This document shows, piece by piece, positions 8,666 through 17,911 of a DNA stretch of 64,000 nt. Under the pieces are notes generated by a model. It did no database searches and was not told where the DNA came from. It saw nothing but the letters and a program-made list of their open reading frames with translations. How positions within the stretch are numbered: the first letter of the stretch is position 1; the number at the start of each line of letters is the position of its first letter. The position numbers and the translations under genes are program-made. Source of the DNA: Candidatus Moraniibacteriota bacterium (lineage in GTDB: Bacteria > Patescibacteriota > Minisyncoccia > Moranbacterales > UBA1568); assembly GCA_030648835.1 (NCBI GenBank), contig JAUSGT010000002.1, positions 12,108 to 76,107 of the forward strand. Reading direction: 5' to 3'.

Positions 8666-11188
8666 TTAGGGGGAGGTGACGGTCATGGTTTTGCTGTCGC
8701 TAGATTTGTTCCCATTTTTGTCTTTTACTTCAACCTCTACTGTGAGCGTAGTGGGGCTCGCAGGAGTAGTGTATGTTACAGAAGATGAGGATCCTACAGA
8801 AGAGCCATTGACGGAGTACGTAATGGAATCTACTCCGTAGGGAGCGTCTACGCTTGAGTTGAATGTTACTGACGAGTTCACCGTAGCACTTCCCGGGATG
8901 GAAAGGGATACATCCGGCTGGAATTTTTTAAAATCGCTCTCTTTGCAGGAATCGGTCGGCGGGGCATCGGAAACGGTCCCTTTCTGTTTCTTGTACCAAT
9001 CTGAAACCCCGTTCTCCCAATTTTTGAATTGCGAGTCACGGTCCGGTTTGTCGGGGATTGGTCCGCGCGGATTATCACGGGACACATAGAAGAGGATGTC
9101 ATGGGAGCTCACAAAATCTTTTTTGTCCATTTCACCGTCAGGACAGTATTTATTGGCGAGACAGTAATTGCCTTTATCGCCGGGAATACCGCACACCTTG
9201 AGGTTTTCTTTTTGTTCCAGCTTTCCTGCGAGCATAGGTTTGTTCGTTTTTCCTTCTCCGTCGCCGATTTCATTGTTTGGGTCATACTTGGGGAATTCCT
9301 CGATAGCATAGTTGGCGAGAGCCTTATCGAGAAAGGCGCGCCAAATCGGAGCCGCCACGTTGACGCCATCGGCTCCCTCGGTCATAGGCGAGTTGTCGTT
9401 GTTTCCTGCCCAGACGCCGACAGCCAGCGAGGGAGTGTACCCAATGGTCCAACCGTCACGAAATTCGTTGGTGGTACCGGTTTTTGCAGCTACAGAACGT
9501 TTGTCGAAGCGCAGGGGAGAGTTGTCCCCAAATACCCAAGCCCGGTTGTTATTGTTGGAGAGAATGGAATCCAACATTGCCACATATTTCTCATCGACTA
9601 CGCGTTCCCCAGCGTCTGGTTTGAATTCCTCCACAATAGCTCCCTTGGGGTCTTCAATGCGCAGGATGGCTGTTTCCTTGTGTCTGATTCCTCCGGTGGC
9701 CAGGGTACCGTAGGCACTGACGTGATCGATAAGCTTGACTTCGCCTCCACCCAAGACGAGCGAGAGCCCGAGTTTGCTTGGGTCATTCAACCCCGCGATA
9801 CCGAGATTTTTTGCCATTTGGATGGCATCATTTACCCCAACCAGGTAGAGGGTTTTGACGGCGGGGACATTCAGTGATCCGCCCAGTGTCTTCATCATAG
9901 GCAGCGGACCATGGAACTTCCCGTCGTAATTGTTTGGCTCGTAGCTTTTTCCTTCCGCGGTTTCAAACTGCGTTTTGGTATCATACAGAATAGTTTCCGG
10001 AAGATAGCCTTTGGTGAAGGCGGTGAGATACACGTACGGTTTGAAAGACGACCCCGGTTGGCGGTCACGCGTGGTTACGTTCACGTTGCCGTCGATAGAG
10101 GTATCGAAGTAATCTTTGGAACCTACCATAGAAAGAACCTGCCCCGTTCTCGGATCCAGAGCGATGAGCGCCGCGTTGGAAGCCTTCCATTTTTTGTTTT
10201 TTTCGGCGCCTTCGCGCACCGCTTGCTCGGCAATCTGCTGCTTGTCCCAATCCAGGGTAGTGATGACTTTATACCCGCCTTGTTCCACGACCTGGTCGCC
10301 GTACTTTTGTTGGAGATAATCTTTGATAAACATGACGAAATGTGGCGCGGCGATCACGTCTTTTTGCGGCTGAAGTTTGTTGAGTGTCGGAGTATCAATC
10401 GCTTCCTGCGCCTGTTCTTCCGTAATATATCCGAGGCGCGCCATTGTTTTGAGGGCGAAAGCTTTGCGTCCGATGAGCGCGTCGCGGTGGGAGCCATACG
10501 GGGAATAGTAAGCGGTCGCCTGAGGGAGGGCGGCGATTACGGCCGCTTCATCGAGCGTGAGTTCTCGCGCCGACTTACCAAAAAAAGTCTGGGCAGCGGC
10601 TTCAACGCCGTAGGCATTTGACCCATAGGGGATCTCATTTAAGTACATTGCCAGAATCTCATCTTTGGAAAACTTTGTTTCCATTTCCAGTGAGAGAATA
10701 ACCTCCTTCACTTTTCTGATCAGCGTTTTTTCGTTGGTGAGGAGGGAATTTTTGACGAATTGTTGGGTGATGGTCGAACCTCCTTGGGCTTTCCCGAGAC
10801 TGACAACGTCTTTCATGAGCGAGCGGATAATAGAGGTGAGCTTGATGCCATAGTGATTGTAGAAGTCCTGATCTTCAAGGCTGATAGTAGCGTATTTGAT
10901 AACGTCCGGCATATCGGAAAACGCAATGATGGTACGTTTTTCTTCGCCGTGTACCTCATAGAGCAGGTGGGTACCGGTACGGTCGTAGATTTTGGTTGAT
11001 TCCGGGATGACGCGGTTATTCACGCTCCCGGGCGAGGGGAGATCTTTGGCAATATAGGCGAAAGTACCGAGCGCCAGGAGCCCCGCTAAAACGAAAAGAA
11101 AGAGCACGGTTTTCCAAAAGATTGACCAAGCGTGGTTTTTTGGCTTTATTTCGCCAGGAATGGTGCGTCTTTTACGAAAAAATGACAT
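8666..11188 (-). CDS. Class A penicillin-binding protein (bifunctional transglycosylase/transpeptidase) with C-terminal S/T-rich extension
   Basis: GT51 motifs (EDQDFYNHYGI, GGSTITQQFVKN) followed by a transpeptidase domain. N-terminal TM anchor. The start is set at the internal Met MSFFRKRR. The C-terminal roughly 100 aa are Ser/Thr/Val-rich and look beta-sandwich-like. Confidence 0.85.
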   Translation of the reverse strand: MSFFRKRRTIPGEIKPKNHAWSIFWKTVLFLFVLAGLLALGTFAYIAKDLPSPGSVNNRVIPESTKIYDRTGTHLLYEVHGEEKRTIIAFSDMPDVIKYATISLEDQDFYNHYGIKLTSIIRSLMKDVVSLGKAQGGSTITQQFVKNSLLTNEKTLIRKVKEVILSLEMETKFSKDEILAMYLNEIPYGSNAYGVEAAAQTFFGKSARELTLDEAAVIAALPQATAYYSPYGSHRDALIGRKAFALKTMARLGYITEEQAQEAIDTPTLNKLQPQKDVIAAPHFVMFIKDYLQQKYGDQVVEQGGYKVITTLDWDKQQIAEQAVREGAEKNKKWKASNAALIALDPRTGQVLSMVGSKDYFDTSIDGNVNVTTRDRQPGSSFKPYVYLTAFTKGYLPETILYDTKTQFETAEGKSYEPNNYDGKFHGPLPMMKTLGGSLNVPAVKTLYLVGVNDAIQMAKNLGIAGLNDPSKLGLSLVLGGGEVKLIDHVSAYGTLATGGIRHKETAILRIEDPKGAIVEEFKPDAGERVVDEKYVAMLDSILSNNNNRAWVFGDNSPLRFDKRSVAAKTGTTNEFRDGWTIGYTPSLAVGVWAGNNDNSPMTEGADGVNVAAPIWRAFLDKALANYAIEEFPKYDPNNEIGDGEGKTNKPMLAGKLEQKENLKVCGIPGDKGNYCLANKYCPDGEMDKKDFVSSHDILFYVSRDNPRGPIPDKPDRDSQFKNWENGVSDWYKKQKGTVSDAPPTDSCKESDFKKFQPDVSLSIPGSATVNSSVTFNSSVDAPYGVDSITYSVNGSSVGSSSSVTYTTPASPTTLTVEVEVKDKNGNKSSDSKTMTVTSP

Positions 11189-11302
11189 ACGAAGTGTGTA
11201 AGCGGTGTCTTCATTTATACCATAAAAAAGGAGCGGAGAGAAGCTTCGAAACCCTTCATCGCTTTGAGCCTGTGCCATACTTACCGAGTCGGCTAGTTCT
11301 TC

Positions 11303-12262
11303 TTATGAGAGCGTGGCAAGTTTGTTTTTAAACACACGCAGAAGAGATCGATGCATTTTCATCATAGAAGGTTTTTCTTCGGGGGTGAAATAAAGTCCGG
11401 GCATGGAGTTAAGTTCGACTACCCAGGGCCTTTTGCTCTTGTCAAACATGAGGTCGATAGTGTAGATTTTTGGGTGGAATGATTTAAAAATATTTTGAGC
11501 CCATTTCACTATAGGGAGGACTGATTTGGGGACGCTATTTTTTGGTATAACGGTCAGGCTACCGCCTTGGGCGAAATTAGCAAGATAGCTGCCCGTCTTT
11601 GGCTCACGGATATAAGTGTAGACAATCGTATCATTGACAAAGACCAGCCGCAGGTCGTGCATGCCACTTTTTATGCCCGGAACACCGCAAGAGGAATCTA
11701 TGAACTCCTGGAGAATATGCTCTCCTCGGAATGATATCTTTGAGGTATTTTTTTTAGGGAAAACCTGAACGCCTTTGCCGCCACTTTCACAAATTGGTTT
11801 GAGGACAGCTAGGGGGGTGCCTACTTTTTTCGCAGCCACCTGAAGTTCTGCATGACTCCTGACGATATAATTTTCTTTGCTCCATTGCGGGAAAAGAAGT
11901 CCGGTTACGAATTTATCATCAATGATGCGCGTGAAGATGCGATCATTGATGAATGCATAGCGCTCGGCCATCAATTCTTTTTTGTAATAGACTTCCTCAC
12001 GGCCTTTGGTCTTGTCATAGATAAGGTCCGGTTTTATATCAGAAACACGTTCCCACTTACTGGTCTTGCCGCTGAAAATCCAAGCATGCTTAAAAATATG
12101 TTTTTCGTAGTCATACCATTCATACGAGGCGCGGTACATCTGGATTCCATTTTTCTTACACAGACTATAGAGTAGCTCGTAAGAATATTGGTAATCTTTA
12201 TTATCGAACGGCCGGCTTTTCTCCCAGCGGCTTCTGCCAAAAAGAATCATTACCTTTTTCAT
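11303..12262 (-). CDS. ATP-grasp domain ligase (unassigned subfamily)
   Basis: VLKPICESGGKGVQVF is the phosphate-binding loop. DLRLVFVND and PWVVELNSMPG give the E-x-N Mg-binding motif. Together these are typical of ATP-grasp amidoligases. Confidence 0.65.
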   Translation of the reverse strand: MKKVMILFGRSRWEKSRPFDNKDYQYSYELLYSLCKKNGIQMYRASYEWYDYEKHIFKHAWIFSGKTSKWERVSDIKPDLIYDKTKGREEVYYKKELMAERYAFINDRIFTRIIDDKFVTGLLFPQWSKENYIVRSHAELQVAAKKVGTPLAVLKPICESGGKGVQVFPKKNTSKISFRGEHILQEFIDSSCGVPGIKSGMHDLRLVFVNDTIVYTYIREPKTGSYLANFAQGGSLTVIPKNSVPKSVLPIVKWAQNIFKSFHPKIYTIDLMFDKSKRPWVVELNSMPGLYFTPEEKPSMMKMHRSLLRVFKNKLATLS

Positions 12263-12273
12263 ACCGGTTGAAG

Positions 12274-13800
12274 TTATTTATTGACATCGATAAGGAACTT
12301 TCGCAGATTTTTTCGCCCGACAATAACCGGATACTCGAGGTGTGCGCGATCTATGACAGAGACTCTCGCGGGGATAGAGAGGGTATCCATAACAAGCTCA
12401 ATGTGAACCACGGGACGGTAGGAGGCCCCGTGAGAAGATTGTACGGAGGTGGTGTCGGCAAGATCGGGGACGGAAGAAAAAAGCAGTTCGCGTTCGGCTT
12501 TTGTGAGTTCTTGCATAATATCACGACCAGCTACCTTTTCATCAAAAATGCGAAGTGTTTCTGCAAATCCCAGCTCTTTCGCAAGTTCGGTATCGATAGC
12601 CGTCGAATCGGCACCAGTGTCGATTTTGGCTTCCACCTCGATTTCTTTGCCATCTTTGCCGATGAGCTTCACTTTCTCGATGGTGCCGATGACGCGTTTG
12701 CCGGAGAGTTCCTCGATTTCTTCCTCGATTTCACCGCCGAAAAGATTCATTCCAACCCGCATCCCGCGTTCGGTGGTCTTGACTTGGAGACCTTTGACAC
12801 GATTGAGCCGGCTTTTCAGCCCGGAAAAATTTGCCAGTTGGATGGAGAGCCCCGGACGGGCATTGAGTTCGAGAATGACCGGGCCGCGCTCGCGGTCGAT
12901 GGCGATATCGGCGCCGAGAAAACCGAGATGCGAAATGGCTTGGGCGTCGATGGCCATACGGAGAACATCTTTCCAGTAAGGAATCTTGATGCCAGAAAGG
13001 ATGAGCCGCGTGTTGGGCACGTATTCGATGATATGACCTTTGCCGAGAATGGCCGTGGTGGTCGTCCCGGTGGCAAGGTCGATACCGACGCCGATAGCCC
13101 CTTGTTGCAGATTGGCCTTGCCATCAGAGTGTTTGGTCGGGAGACGGAGCATGGCCATTATCGGAATGCGGTTGTAAATGATGACGCGGATATCCGGGAT
13201 GCCTTTGTAGGCGTAAGGTTTGAAAAGTTTCAAGAGTTTTAGACGCTCTTCAAAAAAAGCGATATCAGGGATATTGGAAAGAGAAAATGATCCGTCGAGA
13301 ATGTTGCGGATGTGGTTTTTCAGATCATCAACGGTGACTATGGAGCCGTCAGCCTTGACCCAGTTTTCACTGAAAGGATTTGTCTCATTTTCTCCTATGG
13401 GTTTTTCTGGTGTATTTGTTGAGTCGCTTGGTGTCGTTTTCGTCGCCGGAAGAGGCGTGGCGCTTGGGCTCGAATGAGCATTCAGGGGTGAGGACTGAGG
13501 GGCGGTAGATTTTTTCCGTCCATAGACAACGAGAATTCCTTCGCCACCGAAACCGCGGTTTGGTTTCAAAGCGAAACTATTGGGGAGCGTGGAGAAGTCG
13601 AACTTTTCCAATTCCTCGTGGTTTTCGATCTTCGCGATAAGCGCCGGGACACCGAGATTATTTTTTTTCAGGGTACGCTTGCAGAGGAGTTTGCTATCGG
13701 CAATCTCCATCCCACGTTTGCGGTTGGAAGGGCGGATGTAATCGAGGTTTCTCGCATTCATACCGAGAAGCCCCTGGCTTTTTTTGAAAAAATCGAACAT
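12274..13800 (-). CDS. RimK-like ATP-grasp ligase fused to a C-terminal retropepsin-like (Zn_protease/COG4067-type) domain
   Basis: N-terminal MNARNLDYIRPSNRKRGMEIADSKLL...ALKPNRGFGGEGILVV...ILELNARPGLS has RimK-related ATP-grasp motifs. A low-complexity S/T/P linker follows. The C-terminal 150 aa carry EAKIDTGADSTAID, the D-T-G-A aspartyl-protease motif. The start is reassigned to the Met at 13800, so the gene does not overlap the upstream gene. Confidence 0.65.
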   Translation of the reverse strand: MFDFFKKSQGLLGMNARNLDYIRPSNRKRGMEIADSKLLCKRTLKKNNLGVPALIAKIENHEELEKFDFSTLPNSFALKPNRGFGGEGILVVYGRKKSTAPQSSPLNAHSSPSATPLPATKTTPSDSTNTPEKPIGENETNPFSENWVKADGSIVTVDDLKNHIRNILDGSFSLSNIPDIAFFEERLKLLKLFKPYAYKGIPDIRVIIYNRIPIMAMLRLPTKHSDGKANLQQGAIGVGIDLATGTTTTAILGKGHIIEYVPNTRLILSGIKIPYWKDVLRMAIDAQAISHLGFLGADIAIDRERGPVILELNARPGLSIQLANFSGLKSRLNRVKGLQVKTTERGMRVGMNLFGGEIEEEIEELSGKRVIGTIEKVKLIGKDGKEIEVEAKIDTGADSTAIDTELAKELGFAETLRIFDEKVAGRDIMQELTKAERELLFSSVPDLADTTSVQSSHGASYRPVVHIELVMDTLSIPARVSVIDRAHLEYPVIVGRKNLRKFLIDVNK

Positions 13801-13867
13801 ACATTGGAATTTGGAATCTAGAATCTCGTATTTAGCTGAATACCAAGTACAAAATATCAAATACCAA

Positions 13868-14524
13868 TTATAAATAGCGAGCGATTTTGCGAAAACGGAA
13901 ATATTCCGTGACGCGCAGCCCCGTCCATTTCCCGAGGGAGAAATTGATGAGGAAAGTGAAGAGAATAATCCAGGGGAAGCGGAGAATGAGCGTGGTAAGG
14001 GCGTTCCAGCTGATGAGATAATAGCCAATAACGGAGATGAGAAGTGTTTCTGCCGCCAGAATGAAAGCGATGTGGCTGCCCTTCTCAATTTGCGTTGCGA
14101 CGAATTTTTCCGCCAGCGTAATCATGATGAGCAAGGGGAAAATACTCACCGCGGCCAGACCGGTACGCTGGTACATGCCACCGATGACGAGAATGATGAG
14201 AATAGCGAGAGAGATGATGGAGAGGGTGATAGCGACGCGCGGCAGATAGAGCAGGCGGAACCTCTTGAGGGCGAAGCGGACGATCATACCGACAACAATG
14301 ACGCCGACAAAGATAGCGATGCCGTATTTCACGCCATTCGGATCAAATGCCAAGAGGGCGAAGGTGATGATTGACGGCGTGTAGATGCCGAAGGCCTTGA
14401 TACCGATGACTTGGCGGAAGAAGGCTACCAGTGTCGCGATGACGGGAAGCATGAGGAGGAGGAGCACCGTCTGTATCGGAACGCCTTGCTCGACAAAAAA
14501 CGTGATGAGGGGATGATATTCCAT
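13868..14524 (-). CDS. Multi-pass integral membrane protein (6-7 TM), first gene of the ATP-grasp operon
   Basis: 218 aa, highly hydrophobic with about 6-7 predicted helices. It is 67 nt upstream of the RimK-like fusion on the same strand. Confidence 0.5.
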   Translation of the reverse strand: MEYHPLITFFVEQGVPIQTVLLLLMLPVIATLVAFFRQVIGIKAFGIYTPSIITFALLAFDPNGVKYGIAIFVGVIVVGMIVRFALKRFRLLYLPRVAITLSIISLAILIILVIGGMYQRTGLAAVSIFPLLIMITLAEKFVATQIEKGSHIAFILAAETLLISVIGYYLISWNALTTLILRFPWIILFTFLINFSLGKWTGLRVTEYFRFRKIARYL

Positions 14525-14640
14525 AAGTTATGTTATAAATTCTAATATCGAACCTCTAATTTCTAAACAAATCACAAACGACAAACCTTAAACCGCCCAT
14601 TTCTTGATTTGTGATTTCGAATTTGTCTATTGTTTCAAAT

Positions 14641-15138
14641 TTAGTCTTTCGAATTTCGAATTTTATCCATACGGCGGCGGCTGGCATGGCAGAGCGCCAG
14701 CGCCAGCGCATCCGCTACATCGTCCGGCCTGGGGATGGCGGAGAGTTTGAGGAGCGCCTTCACCATCAATTGTACCTGGGATTTGTCTGCTCGCCCATAA
14801 TTCGTCAAGGCCTGTTTCACTTCGAGCGGAGTGTAACCGGAAACTTTAACACATAAATTTTCTAAAGTCAAGAGGATAGCGCCCCGCGCTTGAGCGACGG
14901 AAATGACCGTTTTCTGGTTCTTGAAGAAGAAAAGTTCTTCCACGGCGGCTTCCTCTGGCCGGTATTTTTTGATGATGCCAGAGAGATCTCTGGAAATTTC
15001 CAAGAGCCGTTCGGAAAGCGGCAAATCTTTGGATGTACTGATGTGCCCGAAAGCCATGACAGCATTCTTGCTTCCCTCTACTTCTATGACGCCCCAGCCG
15101 ACCGTTGCGGTGCCGGGATCGATTCCTAAAATACGCAT
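14641..15138 (-). CDS. ruvC: Holliday junction resolvase RuvC
   Basis: MRILGIDPGTATVGWGVIE contains the catalytic Asp. The fold is RNase H-like and the size is 165 aa. Confidence 0.9.
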   Translation of the reverse strand: MRILGIDPGTATVGWGVIEVEGSKNAVMAFGHISTSKDLPLSERLLEISRDLSGIIKKYRPEEAAVEELFFFKNQKTVISVAQARGAILLTLENLCVKVSGYTPLEVKQALTNYGRADKSQVQLMVKALLKLSAIPRPDDVADALALALCHASRRRMDKIRNSKD

Positions 15139-15142
15139 AGAT

Positions 15143-15925
15143 TTACGATTTACGATTTTGGATTTTAGTATGAGCCATAGTCCAGAACACTTTGAAAAGC
15201 TCGCGCTGATTTCTGGCTAAGAGAGGATCATGAATTTCTACCAAGTAATGCGGGCGGTTACGAGTCTGCCCCATGATGACATAATCGCCGATAATCCAGA
15301 AACTGGAATCAAAATTATTTTCCGCTGGCAGAATTTTATATTGGCGCTCGGGATATTTCTTCCGCATCTTTTCTTCAATCATAGCTTCATTGGTGAAAAA
15401 ACGCACCTTTTGATTTCGCGGACCATGTTTCCACAACCAATCGACATACTTGCTGTAGCTTTCGGTAAACGTGTGATCATGGTAGCCCCACCAGGTATTG
15501 TCGCGCTGCAGACCGCTCTTGGCCCACAGCGGATACTGTTTATACAAATAATCATTCAGATCAGCTTCTTCGACGAATTTGATTTTCGGGACGGAGTAAG
15601 TTGCTTGAGAGGGGAGGGCGGCGAGATCCTTGCTCATTTTTTTTGCAAGAACCAGCCGTTTTTTTAAGAGCGTTTCTTCTTTGGCAAACATCTGTTCGAG
15701 AGCCGCGGGCTTTTCGGCATAGAGGTAAGCAACTTTAGCCCCCAGATCTTCAGAAATCAAACCCAACCCATCGAGTTTGCGGGAAATGCTATAGACGGTC
15801 GTCCGGTTGATGCTCGTTTCTTTGGCCACACGGGCAGGAGCGATTTTTCCGGCACGCAAAACTGCGAGATAGACTTCCCGTTCGTTTTCATTCAGTCCCA
15901 GTTGAGCGAACTCTTTTTCCAGCAT
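15143..15925 (-). CDS. TrmB-family transcriptional regulator
   Basis: N-terminal wHTH LGLNENEREVYLAVLRAGKIAPARVAKETSINRTTVYSISRKLDGLGLI is typical of TrmB. Confidence 0.65.
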   Translation of the reverse strand: MLEKEFAQLGLNENEREVYLAVLRAGKIAPARVAKETSINRTTVYSISRKLDGLGLISEDLGAKVAYLYAEKPAALEQMFAKEETLLKKRLVLAKKMSKDLAALPSQATYSVPKIKFVEEADLNDYLYKQYPLWAKSGLQRDNTWWGYHDHTFTESYSKYVDWLWKHGPRNQKVRFFTNEAMIEEKMRKKYPERQYKILPAENNFDSSFWIIGDYVIMGQTRNRPHYLVEIHDPLLARNQRELFKVFWTMAHTKIQNRKS

Positions 15926-16118
15926 AGACAGTTATGGCTCTAGTATACCTGTTGTTGGCAAATAGTCAACAAAAGTACATAATATAGCGTAAATAAGCTG
16001 ATTTAAGAACTATAAATAGTTGACAAAAAACCAACAATACTATAGACTCTCTTGTTACTTAACAACTAGGGCATACTACCCAACCGATTCCCGGCGGCGT
16101 TCCGGGGTGGAGAATAAA

Positions 16119-16730
16119 ATGAGTGGACCTGCTGATGAAGTTTATAATCTGTGCATAATCGATAGCATCCTCGCCGAATGTATGGCTACGGCTAGCCACG
16201 AAATACGTCAGCAAGAAGCATCGGCGACGAAACGCGCCATCAAAGCCAGAAAAGAAATGGAAAAATATGCACAAAAACATTTTGACAAGTACGGAGAATG
16301 GCCAGGCGGCTGGGACGAAATTCACGATATGGAAGAGGCGGCGGCGGCCTTAGCCGCTCAAGCGGAACATATCGAGAATATGACTATGATTCAACAGCAA
16401 TGGTTGAATGGAGGATGGTCTTCAGAAACATGGAAGGCCGAAATTACCGACTATCTGAAGAACAATGAAAGAAAGGACGTTAAGGATAGAGATGAGTACT
16501 ATGACAACATGCAGAATAAGAGATATTGGAAAGACCGTGGTGCCACGGTAATAAAGAAAATGTTGAAATATATTGACCTTCGAGAATTTGATCTCCTAGA
16601 CGAGAAGCGGCTTGTTAAGGACTTGGCAAAGTTCGGAGAGCAACTCCGAATTAGGGCAACTCCAGATCCGAAAGGCACTTCAGCCGAAGCATGCGCCATG
16701 TTGGTACTGTTCTATCAAACTCAGCATTAG
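16119..16730 (+). CDS. Hypothetical protein (acidic, W-rich; no recognisable domain)
   Basis: ORF with the start moved to the Met preceded by GGGGTGGAGAAT. An intrinsic terminator follows it. No family recognised. Confidence 0.45.
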   Translation: MSGPADEVYNLCIIDSILAECMATASHEIRQQEASATKRAIKARKEMEKYAQKHFDKYGEWPGGWDEIHDMEEAAAALAAQAEHIENMTMIQQQWLNGGWSSETWKAEITDYLKNNERKDVKDRDEYYDNMQNKRYWKDRGATVIKKMLKYIDLREFDLLDEKRLVKDLAKFGEQLRIRATPDPKGTSAEACAMLVLFYQTQH

Positions 16731-16768
16731 TCGGTTGAGCAGCTTCTGTATTCTTGTTGGGAAATAAC

Positions 16769-16808
16769 GGAGCAGTCACAATCACGGACTGCTCCTTTTC
16801 TTTTTTTC
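16769..16808 (+). terminator. Rho-independent terminator
   Basis: GGAGCAGTC-acaatcacg-GACTGCTCC hairpin followed by TTTTCTTTTTTT. Confidence 0.7.
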
Positions 16809-16873
16809 AAAACAAAAACCGGCAGAGGGCTGCTGGTTTTAAATACTAATCGCTAAACGCTAGTAGCTAGTCG

Positions 16874-17626
16874 CTATTCAAGATTGTCCCACACCCGCTG
16901 GACGTCGGGATGATCGTTTATCTGCTCGAAGAAAGCATCGTACTGCTCGCGGGCTTTGGCGTCGAGGGCGACGGTCTGGATGGGACGATAGGAAAGCCCG
17001 GCAGATTTGACAGCGTAACCTTTTTCTTCCAGGACATCTTTCACTTTCTTCAGATTTTCGAAAGGGACGTAGAGGGCCAGGATATTTTCTTCGATATCTT
17101 CCGTATCTTCTGCCCCAGCATCGATAGCATCGAGTTCTGCGGTATCGCGGTCTTTTCCTGAATGATCGATGATGATTTCTCCGACTTGCTTGAAAAGGAA
17201 AGCTACCGAACCGATGGCGCCTATTTTCCCATTGGCTTTGGTGAAGAGGGATTTGATTTCGCTCACGGTGCGGTTGCGATTGTCGGTCGTGGTCTGGATG
17301 AGCATGGCGACATTGTCCGGCCCACCCGCCTTCGCAAGGCTACGGACGGGCAAGTACCCTTCGTAGAGAATGTCCTCGATAGTGGCACCATCCTTCAGTT
17401 CCCCGGTGCCGCGCTTGATGGCGCGATCGATATTGTCCTTGGGCATGTTGACGGTTCGCGCCTGGTCGATGGCGAGCCGGAGAGCGAAGTTCGTATCGGG
17501 ATTGCCCCCGCCGTGTTGTGCAGCCACGATAATATTGCGGCCGTATTTGGTGAATACGGCAGCGCGTTTGGCGTCATTAACGTCTTTTTGTCGATGAGTA
17601 GTAGCCCAATGAGAGTGTCCTGACAT
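16874..17626 (-). CDS. yebC: YebC/PmpR family DNA-binding regulator
   Basis: MSGHSHWATTHRQKDVNDAKRAAVFTKYGRNIIVAAQHGG is a near-consensus YebC N-terminus. 250 aa. Confidence 0.9.
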   Translation of the reverse strand: MSGHSHWATTHRQKDVNDAKRAAVFTKYGRNIIVAAQHGGGNPDTNFALRLAIDQARTVNMPKDNIDRAIKRGTGELKDGATIEDILYEGYLPVRSLAKAGGPDNVAMLIQTTTDNRNRTVSEIKSLFTKANGKIGAIGSVAFLFKQVGEIIIDHSGKDRDTAELDAIDAGAEDTEDIEENILALYVPFENLKKVKDVLEEKGYAVKSAGLSYRPIQTVALDAKAREQYDAFFEQINDHPDVQRVWDNLE

Positions 17627-17911
17627 ACTTGAAGAGGAATAGCGAATTTACCCTGTGTAATTGCTCACCATGTGAGCACCCGCGAAGCGGGATTACACTG
17701 GGTGAAGAATATAGAATAAAAAAAGCATGAAACTGAAGAAAATAGAGTATAGCGAATTTTGAAAAAGAAGCAAGCCCCGCACTAACTTTGCTTAATTTCT
17801 CTTAAATAAATACTAAGGATTACACACTCTCTTAATAACAGATAACATAAAGAACAAAAATAGTTTCTGATTGCGAAGCAAAGTTAGTGCGGGGCAAGAT
17901 TGGCCCGACGT

